From Mobula hypostoma (lineage: Eukaryota), in the NCBI RefSeq assembly GCF_963921235.1, contig NC_086097.1:11408001-11472000 (forward strand): a stretch of DNA of 64,000 bases. Direction: 5' to 3'. Positions 63,391 through 64,000 of the stretch are shown piece after piece (the first letter of the stretch is position 1; every line of letters starts with the position of its first letter). The notes beneath the pieces were generated by a model, which was not told where the DNA came from, made no database searches, and saw only the letters and a program-made list of their open reading frames with translations. Both the position numbers and the translations under genes were made by a program.

Positions 63391-63460
63391 GAACCCAGTG
63401 ACAATGGACCATTGTTTTCAGAGCTCAAGTTCTATATGAGAGCAGCAAAACCAGAGCTAA
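63391..63460 (+). CDS. VRK1: VRK1 third coding exon (70 nt); gene continues beyond the window
   Basis: Acceptor ttttcttctctag|, donor |gtgagt; EPSDNGPLFSELKFYMRAAKPEL is the VRK1-type alphaC segment (EPSDNGPLF rather than VRK2-type EYQENGPLF). Confidence 0.95.
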
Positions 63461-64000
63461 GTGAGTTAATTTTGTGGCACATGAGAAATCAAAACTAGAA
63501 CATAGCGCATTACTGGAATATTTTTAAGCAAACTTTGACACAGATTTATTTAAGGAATAGTTGGTCAGTGAAGTAGTTCTTGAGGATTGGATTAAATGAT
63601 AAAAAAGGTGGCAAAACATGCGGGTTTGGAGGAGGTCCAGAGCAACTGAAAGCACAGCCATGTTTTTGGAGTAACTAAACTGGAGGGTGCTTGAAGCTGG
63701 AATTTGAGCATCTCAGTGGCAGTGTTCTCAGTGATGGAGAAGGGCAAGGACGGGGAATGATTTGAAAAGAAGAGTAAGAATTTAAAAATTATGATGCTCT
63801 TTATGAAGAAGAACTATAAATATCTGTGATTGAAAGAAAATAGTTAAAATGATCGAAGCCAACTGCAATAACATTTCTCCTTTCTTTGATACTGTTGCCT
63901 CTTGAATTCCCCAAGCAACCATTCATAGCCTCCTTCTTTTTCTTCTCACTGTTACCCCTTGAATGCTGTCATAGCAAAGAAACTGGCCCTTTGACATAAG

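Noticed and set aside
1..64000. CRISPR arrays, operons or other prokaryotic systems
   Set aside because: Spliced vertebrate genes and vertebrate transposons throughout; no regularly spaced repeat-spacer array seen.

Overview
Repeat-dense vertebrate genomic DNA. The repeat spectrum (CR1, Rex1/Babar, Penelope, HE1/V-type SINEs) suggests a cartilaginous fish, probably a ray (inference). Two protein-coding genes lie head-to-head around one CpG-rich promoter (~37.25-37.65 kb). On + are the first three coding exons of the kinase VRK1 (46233-46392, 51841-51896, 63391-63460). On - are the first two coding exons of a divergent PPP1R37 (LRRC68)-like gene with an RVxF motif (27303-27507, 4910-5007). The rest is intron or intergenic DNA full of nested transposons: Penelope-like elements whose 3' tails carry minimal hammerhead ribozymes, a full-length L1 with a 15-bp TSD (itself hit by a Tigger and a Rex1/Babar fragment), mariner/Tc1 MITEs, a hAT fragment, SINEs and an internally deleted HERO-like (REL-endonuclease) retrotransposon. 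The most striking observation is in the 3' UTR of that HERO-like element (23348-23462). It contains all three hammerhead core strands, but in a non-circularly permuted, pseudoknotted order, with stem II replaced by a three-helix junction. This is a candidate new hammerhead topology. All family assignments are from recalled motifs; no searches were run.
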